This document shows, piece by piece, positions 49,234-57,732 of a DNA stretch of 64,000 nt (position 1 is the first letter of the stretch; the number at the start of each line of letters is the position of its first letter). The DNA is from Spirochaetaceae bacterium (lineage in GTDB: Bacteria > Spirochaetota > Spirochaetia > DSM-2461), in contig OZ245056.1 in NCBI GenBank assembly GCA_965224705.1, positions 1,888,001-1,952,000 on the forward strand, written 5' to 3'. Made by a program: the position numbers and the translations under genes. The notes below the pieces were generated by a model that saw only the letters and a list, made by a program, of their open reading frames with translations, was not told the DNA's origin and ran no database searches.

Positions 49234-50997
49234 GTGAAAAAGAAACTGGAACAGGGCATTACCGATTTCAAGGAATTCATCAGTGAAAGCTGCTATTTTG
49301 TCGATAAAACCCGTCTCATAGCGCACCTCATCGACCATCCCAGCAAAGTGCATCTCATCACCCGTCCCCGGCGCTTCGGCAAAACCCTGAACCTGAGCAT
49401 GATCCGCTACTTCTTTGAGGCCCCCCCACCGGGCGGAGATAGTGACGGCGTGCCGCCCAATGCCGCCCTGTTTGACGACATGTCCATCGCGGAACATCCC
49501 CGGTGCCGCGAATACATGGGGCAGTATCCGGTGATTGTGCTAAGTTTCAAGGATGCCAAGGGGGCCTCGCATACGGAGTGCATGGAAATCATCAGGGATA
49601 TGCTCTCCGCGGAATATCAACGACATGAATACTTGCAAAACTGTGGAGTACTGCGCGAAGCTGATAAAGAGTTGTTTGTCAAAATATCGAATAGAAAAGG
49701 TACGGATCAGGACTGCGCGCAATCGATAAAACATCTTTCCTCCTGGCTGAAGCGCGCCTACAACCAACCGGTTTACATCCTGCTGGACGAGTACGACACC
49801 CCCCTGCATGCCGCCTACACCGGCAGCTTCTACGATGAAATGATTGCCTTCATCCGCAGCTTCATGGTGCAGACCTTCAAGGACAACCCCAATTTGAAGC
49901 AGGCGGTGGTCATCGGGATACTGAAGGTGGCGCAGGAGAGCATCTTCAGCGACTTCAACAATCCGGCGGTGTCCACCTTGCTTGATCCCGACATGGAGGA
50001 CTGTTTTGGCTTCACGGAAGCCGAAGTAGAGACCATGGCCGCCCACTTCGACATGGAAGACCGGATGGACGGCATCCGGGAGTGGTACAACGGCTACATC
50101 TTCGGGGGGGACACGGTCATCTACAACCCCTGGAGCATCGTCAATTACCTGCGAAAGCCTTCCGCCGGACTGCGCCCCTACTGGGTGCACACCAGCGACA
50201 ACAGACTCATCAAGAAAGTACTGCATCTGGATAAGAGGAACAGCCGGGAAGTCGTTGAAAAACTGATCCGGGGAGAGGAAGTCAGGCGGGAGGTGGCGCT
50301 CAACATTGCCTATCCGCAGATAGAAAGAAACACGGATGCCGTGTGGAGCTTTCTGCTCCACGGAGGCTATCTTAAGGCCGACGAGCGGCAGCAGCTCCAC
50401 ACCTTCATCACCTACCGGCTTGCCATCCCCAATCTGGAAGTGAAGGTGGTCTACGAAAAGGTTATCCGGGACTGGCTGGAGGAGGACGTGGAGATAAGCG
50501 ATTCCTTTCAGTCCTTCATCCGCGGCATTCGCGAGGGAGATACCGGTCTGATCGAAGAGGGACTCGGAGACATCCTCTTCGGCCTCGCCAGTTATCACGA
50601 TACGGCATCGCGGGACAGGAGGGAGGAAAGGAAACGGACGGAGGGCTTCTATCACGGTCTGGTGCTGGGTATGCTGGCCTATCTGGGCGGTGAATACATG
50701 GTGGAGAGCAACCGCGAATGCGGCATGGGGCGCCCCGACATCGTCTTGATCCGGCGCGATACCGGCTCCGGGCGGCCCGGCAGGGTTCTTCTCTTTGAGT
50801 TCAAGCGGGAGGATGCTGGTGGAACGACGCCCCTGGAGCAGTTGGCGGGGGAGGCGTATTGCCAGGCGGAGCAAAAATACCTTGAGGGCCTGAGGAAGAA
50901 GTGGGAGCCGGGGGAAATCCTTGTTCTGGGGGTGGGCTTTCGGGGCAGGGAACTGGCACTGGAGGGGGGAGCGAATCTCCCCGGTTTTGAGTCATGA
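49234..50997 (+). CDS. AAA-ATPase-like + PD-(D/E)xK nuclease protein, copy 1
   Basis: GITDF, FVDKT, RPRRFGKTLNLSM, LDEYD, WYNGY, YNPWS, EGFYHG, SNRE.G.GRPDI..FEFK; GTG start. Confidence 0.9.
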   Translation: MKKKLEQGITDFKEFISESCYFVDKTRLIAHLIDHPSKVHLITRPRRFGKTLNLSMIRYFFEAPPPGGDSDGVPPNAALFDDMSIAEHPRCREYMGQYPVIVLSFKDAKGASHTECMEIIRDMLSAEYQRHEYLQNCGVLREADKELFVKISNRKGTDQDCAQSIKHLSSWLKRAYNQPVYILLDEYDTPLHAAYTGSFYDEMIAFIRSFMVQTFKDNPNLKQAVVIGILKVAQESIFSDFNNPAVSTLLDPDMEDCFGFTEAEVETMAAHFDMEDRMDGIREWYNGYIFGGDTVIYNPWSIVNYLRKPSAGLRPYWVHTSDNRLIKKVLHLDKRNSREVVEKLIRGEEVRREVALNIAYPQIERNTDAVWSFLLHGGYLKADERQQLHTFITYRLAIPNLEVKVVYEKVIRDWLEEDVEISDSFQSFIRGIREGDTGLIEEGLGDILFGLASYHDTASRDRREERKRTEGFYHGLVLGMLAYLGGEYMVESNRECGMGRPDIVLIRRDTGSGRPGRVLLFEFKREDAGGTTPLEQLAGEAYCQAEQKYLEGLRKKWEPGEILVLGVGFRGRELALEGGANLPGFES

Positions 50998-51078
50998 GTT
51001 TTAGAGTGTCGGCGGGATACCATAACTGAAAGTGCCGCCTTGCCTTGCGTCCAGAACCAGGCTAAACTAAAAGTCATC

Positions 51079-52842
51079 GTGAAAAAGAATCTGACTCAGG
51101 GCATCACCGATTTCAAGAAATTCATCGACAATGATTGCTACTTTGTCGATAAAACTCATCTCATTGGGCATCTTATCAATGACCCCAGTGAGGTACACCT
51201 GATCACCCGCCCCCGGCGCTTCGGCAAAACCCTGAACCTGAGCATGATCCGCTACTTCTTCGAGGCCCTCCCACCGGGCGGAGATAGCAGCGATCCACCA
51301 CCCAATGAACCCTTGTTCAATGGTATGTCCATCGCGGAACATCCCCAATACCGCGAATACATGGGGAAATACCCTGTGATATACTTAAGTTTCAAGGACG
51401 TGAAAAAATCGACATATCAAGATTGCATGACTCTTATCAGGAACATGCTCTCTGCGGAATATCAACGGCATGAGTATTTACAAGATTGTGGTGTCTTGAA
51501 TGACAGAGAACGGGTACAATTTGAGAAAATATTGTGCAATAAGGGCAGCGATCAGGATTGCGAACAATCCATAGCCTTTCTGTCTATATGGCTCAAACGC
51601 GCCTACAACCAACCGGTCTACATCCTGCTGGACGAGTACGACACCTCCCTGCATGCCGCCTACACCGGCAGCTTCTACGATGAAATGATTGCCTTCATCC
51701 GCAGCTTCATGGTGCAGACCTTCAAGGACAACCCCAATTTGAAGCAGGCGGTGGTCATCGGGATACTGAAGGTGGCCCAGGAGAGCATCTTCAGCGACTT
51801 CAACAATCCGGCGGTGTCCACCTTGCTCGATCCCGAAATGGAGGACTGTTTTGGCTTCACGGAAGCCGAAGTAGAGACCATGGCCGCCCACTTCGACATG
51901 GAAAACAGGATGGACGGCATCCGGGAGTGGTACAACGGCTACATCTTTGGCGGAGACACGGTCATCTACAATCCCTGGAGCATCGTCAATTACCTGCGAA
52001 AGCCTTCCGCCGGACTGCGCCCCTACTGGGTGCACACCAGCGACAACAGACTCATCAAGAAAGTACTGCATCTGGATAAGAGGAACAGCCGGGAAGTTAT
52101 TGAGAAACTGATCCGGGGAGAGGAGGTCAGGCGGGAGGTGGTGCTCAACATTGCCTATCCGCAGATAGAAAGAAACACGGATGCCGTGTGGAGCTTTCTT
52201 CTCCACGGAGGCTATCTCAAGGCTGACGAGCGGCAGCAGATCCACACCTTCATCACCTACCGGCTTGCCATCCCCAATCTGGAAGTGAAGGTGGTCTACG
52301 AAAAGGTTGTCCGCGACTGGCTGGAGGAGGACGTGGAGATAAGCGATTCCTTTCAGTCCTTCATCCGCGGCATTCGCGAGGGAGATACCGGTCTGATTGA
52401 AGAGGGTCTCGGAGACATCCTCTTCGGCCTTGCCAGCTATCACGATACGGCATCACGAGGCAGGAGGGAGGAAAGGAAACGGACGGAGGGCTTCTATCAC
52501 GGTCTGGTGCTGGGAATGCTGGCCTACCTGGGCGGTGAATACATGGTGGAGAGCAACCGCGAATGCGGCATGGGCCGTCCCGACATCGTCTTGATCCGGC
52601 GCGATACCGGCTCCGGACGGCCTGCCAGGGTTCTTCTCTTTGAGTTCAAACGGGAGGATGCCGGTGGAACAACGCCTCTGGAGCATCTGGCGCGGGAGGC
52701 ATATTGCCAGGCGGAGCAAAAATACCTTGCGGGCCTGAGAAAGAAGTGGCAGCCGGAGGAAATCCTTGTTCTGGGGGTGGGCTTTCGGGGCAGGGAACTG
52801 GCTCTGGAGGGGGGAGGGGAACTCCCCGGTTTTGAGTCGTGA
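51079..52842 (+). CDS. AAA-ATPase-like + PD-(D/E)xK nuclease protein, copy 2
   Basis: Same motifs; near-identical to copy 1 over the C-terminal two-thirds. Confidence 0.9.
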   Translation: MKKNLTQGITDFKKFIDNDCYFVDKTHLIGHLINDPSEVHLITRPRRFGKTLNLSMIRYFFEALPPGGDSSDPPPNEPLFNGMSIAEHPQYREYMGKYPVIYLSFKDVKKSTYQDCMTLIRNMLSAEYQRHEYLQDCGVLNDRERVQFEKILCNKGSDQDCEQSIAFLSIWLKRAYNQPVYILLDEYDTSLHAAYTGSFYDEMIAFIRSFMVQTFKDNPNLKQAVVIGILKVAQESIFSDFNNPAVSTLLDPEMEDCFGFTEAEVETMAAHFDMENRMDGIREWYNGYIFGGDTVIYNPWSIVNYLRKPSAGLRPYWVHTSDNRLIKKVLHLDKRNSREVIEKLIRGEEVRREVVLNIAYPQIERNTDAVWSFLLHGGYLKADERQQIHTFITYRLAIPNLEVKVVYEKVVRDWLEEDVEISDSFQSFIRGIREGDTGLIEEGLGDILFGLASYHDTASRGRREERKRTEGFYHGLVLGMLAYLGGEYMVESNRECGMGRPDIVLIRRDTGSGRPARVLLFEFKREDAGGTTPLEHLAREAYCQAEQKYLAGLRKKWQPEEILVLGVGFRGRELALEGGGELPGFES

Positions 52843-54596
52843 GTTTTGTGAAAAAGAAACTGGAACAGGGCATCACCGATTTCAAGAAATTCATCGACAA
52901 TGATTGTTACTTTGTCGATAAAACTCGTCTTATCGCATATCTTATTGACCATCCCAGCGAGGTGCATCTCATCACCCGCCCCCGGCGCTTCGGCAAAACC
53001 CTGAACCTAAGCATGATCCGCTACTTCTTCGAGGCCCCGCCACCGGGCGGAGATAGCAGCGATCCACCACCCAATGCGCCTTTGTTCAATGGCATGTCCA
53101 TCGCGGAACATCCCCAATACCGTGAATACATGGGGCAGTATCCGGTGATTGCGCTAAGTTTCAAGGATGCCAAGGGGGCCTCGCATACGGAGTGCATGGA
53201 AGTCATCAGGGAAATGCTGTCGGCGGAATATCAACGACATGAATACCTGCAAAACTGTGAAGTGCTGCACGAAGCCGATAAAGAGTTGTTTTTTAACATA
53301 TCGAATAGAAAAGGCACGGATCAGGACTGTGCGCAATCGATAAAACATCTCTCCTCCTGGCTCAAGCGCGCTTACAACCAACCGGTCTACATCCTTCTGG
53401 ACGAGTACGACACCCCGCTGCACGCCGCCTACACCGAAAACTTCTACGATGAAATGATCGCCTTCATCCGCAGCTTCATGGGGCAGAGCTTCAAGGACAA
53501 CCCCAATTTGAAACAGGCGGTGGTCATCGGGATACTGAAAGTGGCACAGGAAAGCATCTTCAGCGACTTCAACAATCCGGCAGTGTCCACCGTGCTGAAT
53601 GATTCCATGAAGGATTGTTTTGGTTTCACCGAGGCGGAGGTGGAGGCCATGGCCTCCCATTTCGGGCAGGAATCCCGGCTGGACGGCATAAGGGAGTGGT
53701 ACAACGGCTACATCTTCGGCGGCGACACGGTCATCTACAATCCCTGGAGTCTCGTGAGCTATTTCAGAAACATCAAGGACGGGCTTCTGCCCTACTGGGT
53801 GCACACCAGCGATAACAAACTGGTAAAAGAAGTGCTGCATCTGGACAGAAGGAACAGCAGGGAAGTCGTTGAGAAACTGATCCGGGGAGAGGAAGTCAGG
53901 CGGGAGGTGGTGCTCAACATTGCCTATCCGCAGATAGAAAGAAACACGGATGCCGTGTGGAGCTTTCTGCTCCACGGAGGCTATCTCAAGGCTGACGAGC
54001 GGCAGCAGCTCCACACCTTCATCACCTACCGGCTTGCCATCCCCAATCTGGAAGTGAAGGTGGTCTACGAAAAGGTTGTCCGGGACTGGCTGGAGGAGGA
54101 CGTGGAGATAAGCGATTCCTTTCAGTCCTTCATTCGCGGCATTCGCGAGGGAGATACCGGACTGATCGAAGAGGGACTCGGAAACATCCTCTTCGGCCTT
54201 GCCAGTTATCACGATACGGCATCGCGGGGCAGAAGGGAGGAAAGGAAACGGACGGAGGGCTTCTATCACGGCCTAGTGCTGGGAATGCTGGCCTACCTGG
54301 GCGGTGAATACATGGTGGAGAGCAACCGCGAATGCGGCATGGGCCGTCCCGACATTGTCTTGATCCGCCGCGATACCGGCTCCGGTCGGCCCACCAGGGT
54401 TCTTCTCTTTGAGTTCAAGAGGGAGGATGCCGGTGGAACAACGCCTCTGGAGCAGCTGGCACGGGAGGCGTATTGCCAGGCGGAGCAAAAATACCTTGAG
54501 GGCCTGAGGAAGAAGTGGCAGCCGGGGGAAATCCTTGTTCTGGGGGTGGGCTTTCGAGGCAGGGAACTGGCTCTGGAAACAGGCCGTGATGAATGA
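52839..54596 (+). CDS. AAA-ATPase-like + PD-(D/E)xK nuclease protein, copy 3
   Basis: Same motifs; GTGA overlap with the copy 2 stop. Confidence 0.9.
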   Translation: MSFVKKKLEQGITDFKKFIDNDCYFVDKTRLIAYLIDHPSEVHLITRPRRFGKTLNLSMIRYFFEAPPPGGDSSDPPPNAPLFNGMSIAEHPQYREYMGQYPVIALSFKDAKGASHTECMEVIREMLSAEYQRHEYLQNCEVLHEADKELFFNISNRKGTDQDCAQSIKHLSSWLKRAYNQPVYILLDEYDTPLHAAYTENFYDEMIAFIRSFMGQSFKDNPNLKQAVVIGILKVAQESIFSDFNNPAVSTVLNDSMKDCFGFTEAEVEAMASHFGQESRLDGIREWYNGYIFGGDTVIYNPWSLVSYFRNIKDGLLPYWVHTSDNKLVKEVLHLDRRNSREVVEKLIRGEEVRREVVLNIAYPQIERNTDAVWSFLLHGGYLKADERQQLHTFITYRLAIPNLEVKVVYEKVVRDWLEEDVEISDSFQSFIRGIREGDTGLIEEGLGNILFGLASYHDTASRGRREERKRTEGFYHGLVLGMLAYLGGEYMVESNRECGMGRPDIVLIRRDTGSGRPTRVLLFEFKREDAGGTTPLEQLAREAYCQAEQKYLEGLRKKWQPGEILVLGVGFRGRELALETGRDE

Positions 54597-54709
54597 TGAG
54601 GAATGGGCCATGGAAAAGTCTCTGCTTCAACATTAAATCAATATTTGGAAAGGATCTACACCTGGAAACCAGGCTGTAGCAAGCTTCCTGACACGGAATT
54701 TGATTTTGA

Positions 54710-55545
54710 GGGCACCTCTAAAAAACCCGCTTTCGGAATCTGGCGCAGAGATTTTTCACTGATACAAGGCGACAAAAACGGAATGTGCCCGGCATGAACA
54801 ATATCCAGCGGGTGAGAATCCCGCCAAGGCCCTGAAAGGCGGAAATTTGTAGAAAAAGACAAGGGTGTCCGAAGAAAGATAGACAACGCATTGAGAGTAT
54901 GCCTGCTCACCAGATGGAGATTGTCTTTCCCAATGAGGAATCTGAAGGAAGTCTAAGTCAAAATATTCGCCTGAACGAGAGTGAACCTTTGAAAGGCAGT
55001 TATGGAGGATGAGATACCTTCGGCTATTGAAGTCCCATATCCTTTACGTAAAATCCATAATTGTGCAGAAGGCAGGCGGGATATGAAATGGAGATTGGTC
55101 TTACCCGGGGAGGGCCTGTGGAATGGAAACTGTGGAACAGCGCCATAAGATTTCCTAAGCCGTGCAGGGATGCAGGGTAATCTTCCACCGGCAGTCAGAA
55201 GAACCCAGGCCGATCAGACGGGTGGAGATCCCGAAACCGGGAGGAGGAGTGAGACTTCTGGACAACTTCAAGGAGCCCGGCTATGCACAAAGCCTTTCCC
55301 AATCGGTATTTCATTGAAGAACTCGGGCAGTTTATCTATTCAGCCTGAGACTGAAAGAAATTGGACACATGCATGAGGAGCCGTGTACGGACCCGTACGC
55401 ACGGTTCTGTGAGAGGACGGCATCCCTGCTTCCGCAAGGTGCCTCCTAACTCGATGCGTAGCTGGGCTACGTGAGCATTTTGGCAACGCAGTAGCAGTGG
55501 TAAAGATCAAACCAGAAACGGAATGGGTGTTTTTTAGAGGTGCCC
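54710..55545. mobile_element. MITE family A copy interrupted by a group II intron
   Basis: TIRs GGGCACCTCTAAAAAA / TTTTTTAGAGGTGCCC; removing 54783-55455 restores a sequence collinear with the reverse complement of 35851-36002. Confidence 0.88.
54783..55455 (+). mobile_element. Internally deleted (non-autonomous) group IIC intron, 673 nt
   Basis: 5' ATGTGCCCGGCATG; IIC domain I blocks GGGTGAGAATCCCG, CAAGGGTGTCCG, GGAATCTGAAGGAAG, TCTTACCCGGGGAGG; domain V GAGCCGTGTACGGACCCGTACGCACGGTTC (55378-55407); domain VI ending CTCCTAACTCGAT; RT remnants. Confidence 0.9.
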
Positions 55546-55546
55546 T

Positions 55547-55916
55547 TTGTATTCCCGGATGAATTTCCTGGGAGTTCTGGAACAGATGAGTGTGATGGTG
55601 GTATTGCCGTAATTGGCTTCCGGGTTTTCTCTGAGGTAGAGATTTGTGTATATGGAAAGATCGTAAATATCCTGTGCTCTTACGGCATCGCCATATGATT
55701 TGTAGCTGACCAGATTGTACGGCGCGAAATAGTTGAAGATGTCGAATTCTACGCTGGCAGTGTTTTGTTTGATAAGGAGGACATCCAGCCTCTTGGGCTT
55801 TTGAGCATTTCATGTTCCGTTTCAACCAGATATCCGCAAGAGCCGAAAAATTCCCTTGCCTGTCTTTTGAAAAAGGTGTCCAGGGTAATCTGGGCTCTGG
55901 GAAGTGTCTTTTCCAT
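55547..55916 (-). pseudogene. Rpn-like gene copy A, frameshifted and 3'-truncated at the MITE
   Basis: Near-identical to the 5' part of copy E (62029-62829); 1-nt deletion near 55791; homology stops at the MITE end. Confidence 0.85.
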
Positions 55917-56077
55917 CGTTTGCAGGATAGCATGATTCTGAAGACCTATCCATACCGGGTTTTTCAATCAAACAGCGTTGCCGTTCATCACCAGGCCCCG
56001 TGCGAAAGCCCCCCTGCATTTTGAGCTTCCCACCTCCGTTGTCTCAAAAAATGTGAAATTTCCTGAAAACGGCACTA

Positions 56078-56174
56078 AACCGCAGAGGACGCAGAGGTAC
56101 GCAGAGAAATATGAGATAAAAATCTGGTCAATAATCACCTAAAACACTCTGCGCTCTCTGCGTTCTCTGCGGTT
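56078..56174. repeat. CGCAGAG palindrome, unit A
   Basis: AACCGCAGAGGACGCAGAGGTACGCAGAG...CTCTGCGCTCTCTGCGTTCTCTGCGGTT. Confidence 0.9.
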
Positions 56175-56565
56175 AAAAAAGCATGGATAGCACAAAAAAG
56201 CTGGATGGGATAATGACTATCGACTTGAAGTCCTTAGTAGGTTTTAGATGCGATTGCCCTGTCGGTTCTCACAAATTGGCCCGAACATTTTGGGGGATAG
56301 CGATAAATTCACCATCAATTTCCATTACGATGACAGGGAATGGCCCGAGATTCCTGTTTTTGGGGAAAAGTATGTCCAGAACATAGAAAAATGGCTTTTT
56401 TTGTGAAAGGCTTGACAAAAGCTTCATTTTCAATAAAAAGTTGGTTGAGGTAGCATCAGAAGTAGCAACATACCTCCTCTGACTGATACTTTCATGGAAA
56501 GTTTTTGGATTAGCTTTATTGTGTGATACAATCAATTGTATGCTAGGGTAGGAGAGTACGTATTC

Positions 56566-56772
56566 ATGGAGAAAAAAAGTACATTGATTCTTTCGGATGA
56601 GCAGATTGCCTATCTGAGAGACAAGCCGGTTGTAGGCAATGATGAAACTCCCACAGAGGAGGAACAATGGCGTAGGAATGCCAAAATCAATGCCGAATCT
56701 GCGGCAAAAATGGCTCAGGATGCCGTGGAGGCCTTGATGACAGGCTATGATTCACGTAGATGCACGAAGTAA
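56566..56772 (+). CDS. Small hypothetical protein (68 aa), possible antitoxin
   Basis: GGAG RBS; overlaps the next ORF; upstream palindrome ATACAAT-CA-ATTGTAT. Confidence 0.5.
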   Translation: MEKKSTLILSDEQIAYLRDKPVVGNDETPTEEEQWRRNAKINAESAAKMAQDAVEALMTGYDSRRCTK

Positions 56773-57295
56773 ATGCCTGGTCGATGTTGTCGATGAATTT
56801 CTGAATGCATTATTTCGAGATTTATTTCGATCAGAATTATCGCTAACAGGGACATATCTGGATTACTTCAGAGCCAATCGCCGAACAATCAAATCGGCAC
56901 AAGAAGAGTATTACAAAAATCTGGAAAAGTGGAGAGATTGGTTTTCCCTTACCAACAGGGTGGATAGGCATAAGGTGGCAGCGATAACTGCGCATTATTT
57001 GATAAAGCATTTCCCCATAGTAACAATTGAAAATCGTCCTGAATTAAAGAATGTTGGAATACTGCAAATTATCGATGAATTGTCCACTTTATTTGTAGCC
57101 TTAAGCCGCTTGAAAAATGAAGGAGTTGCGTATGATCCAGAAAAGTCTCTTATAGGCAGTTTTATTCAAACATTTAGAAGGCATTCCCTGGTATTGGGGG
57201 AATTTGACAATTATGCAATCTCAGTTGAATCCATGGCAAGAAATTTCTATCTGCTGGAAGAAGCACATAGAGTGAAGGCAACAAAGCCTTCCTGA
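56747..57295 (+). CDS. Hypothetical helical protein (182 aa, DRHKVAA motif)
   Basis: Long ORF in an AT-rich segment. Confidence 0.6.
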   Translation: MIHVDARSKCLVDVVDEFLNALFRDLFRSELSLTGTYLDYFRANRRTIKSAQEEYYKNLEKWRDWFSLTNRVDRHKVAAITAHYLIKHFPIVTIENRPELKNVGILQIIDELSTLFVALSRLKNEGVAYDPEKSLIGSFIQTFRRHSLVLGEFDNYAISVESMARNFYLLEEAHRVKATKPS

Positions 57296-57533
57296 ATATG
57301 TCTCTATGCTGATTATTTCTTCCACTGTTTTGAAGCCTGATACACCAAACTTTGTTGTGTAGATTTATACAAAACGCCTGTCGGCGATACAAACCTCCCC
57401 CCAAGGCTGACGAATCGCACTCCCCGGCAGCGTTGCCGTTCATCACCAGGCCCCGCATGAAAGCCCCTCAGCCATTTTGAGCTTCCCACCTCCGTTGTCT
57501 CAAAAAATGTGAAATTTCCTGAAAACGGCACTA

Positions 57534-57630
57534 AACCGCAGAGGACGCAGAGGTACGCAGAGAAATATGAGATAAAAATCTGGTCAATAATCACCTAAAA
57601 CACTCTGCGCTCTCTGCGTCCTCTGCGGTT
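57534..57630. repeat. CGCAGAG palindrome, unit B
   Basis: Same element; unit homology spans about 57428-57732. Confidence 0.9.
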
Positions 57631-57732
57631 AAAAAAGCATGAATAAGACTTTCATAATGTCTCAAAGAATGCGTTAGAATTTTCTATCATGATTTATGAA
57701 GCGTAATGTTTTGCGAAAGAATACCTCTTAGA

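Noticed and set aside
49540..54269. Long minus-strand ORFs (444, 321, 371 aa)
   Set aside because: Antisense shadows of the GC-rich AAA-nuclease genes.
55170..55933. ORFs of 68 aa (+) and 197 aa (-)
   Set aside because: Chance frames across the intron RNA, MITE and pseudogene.
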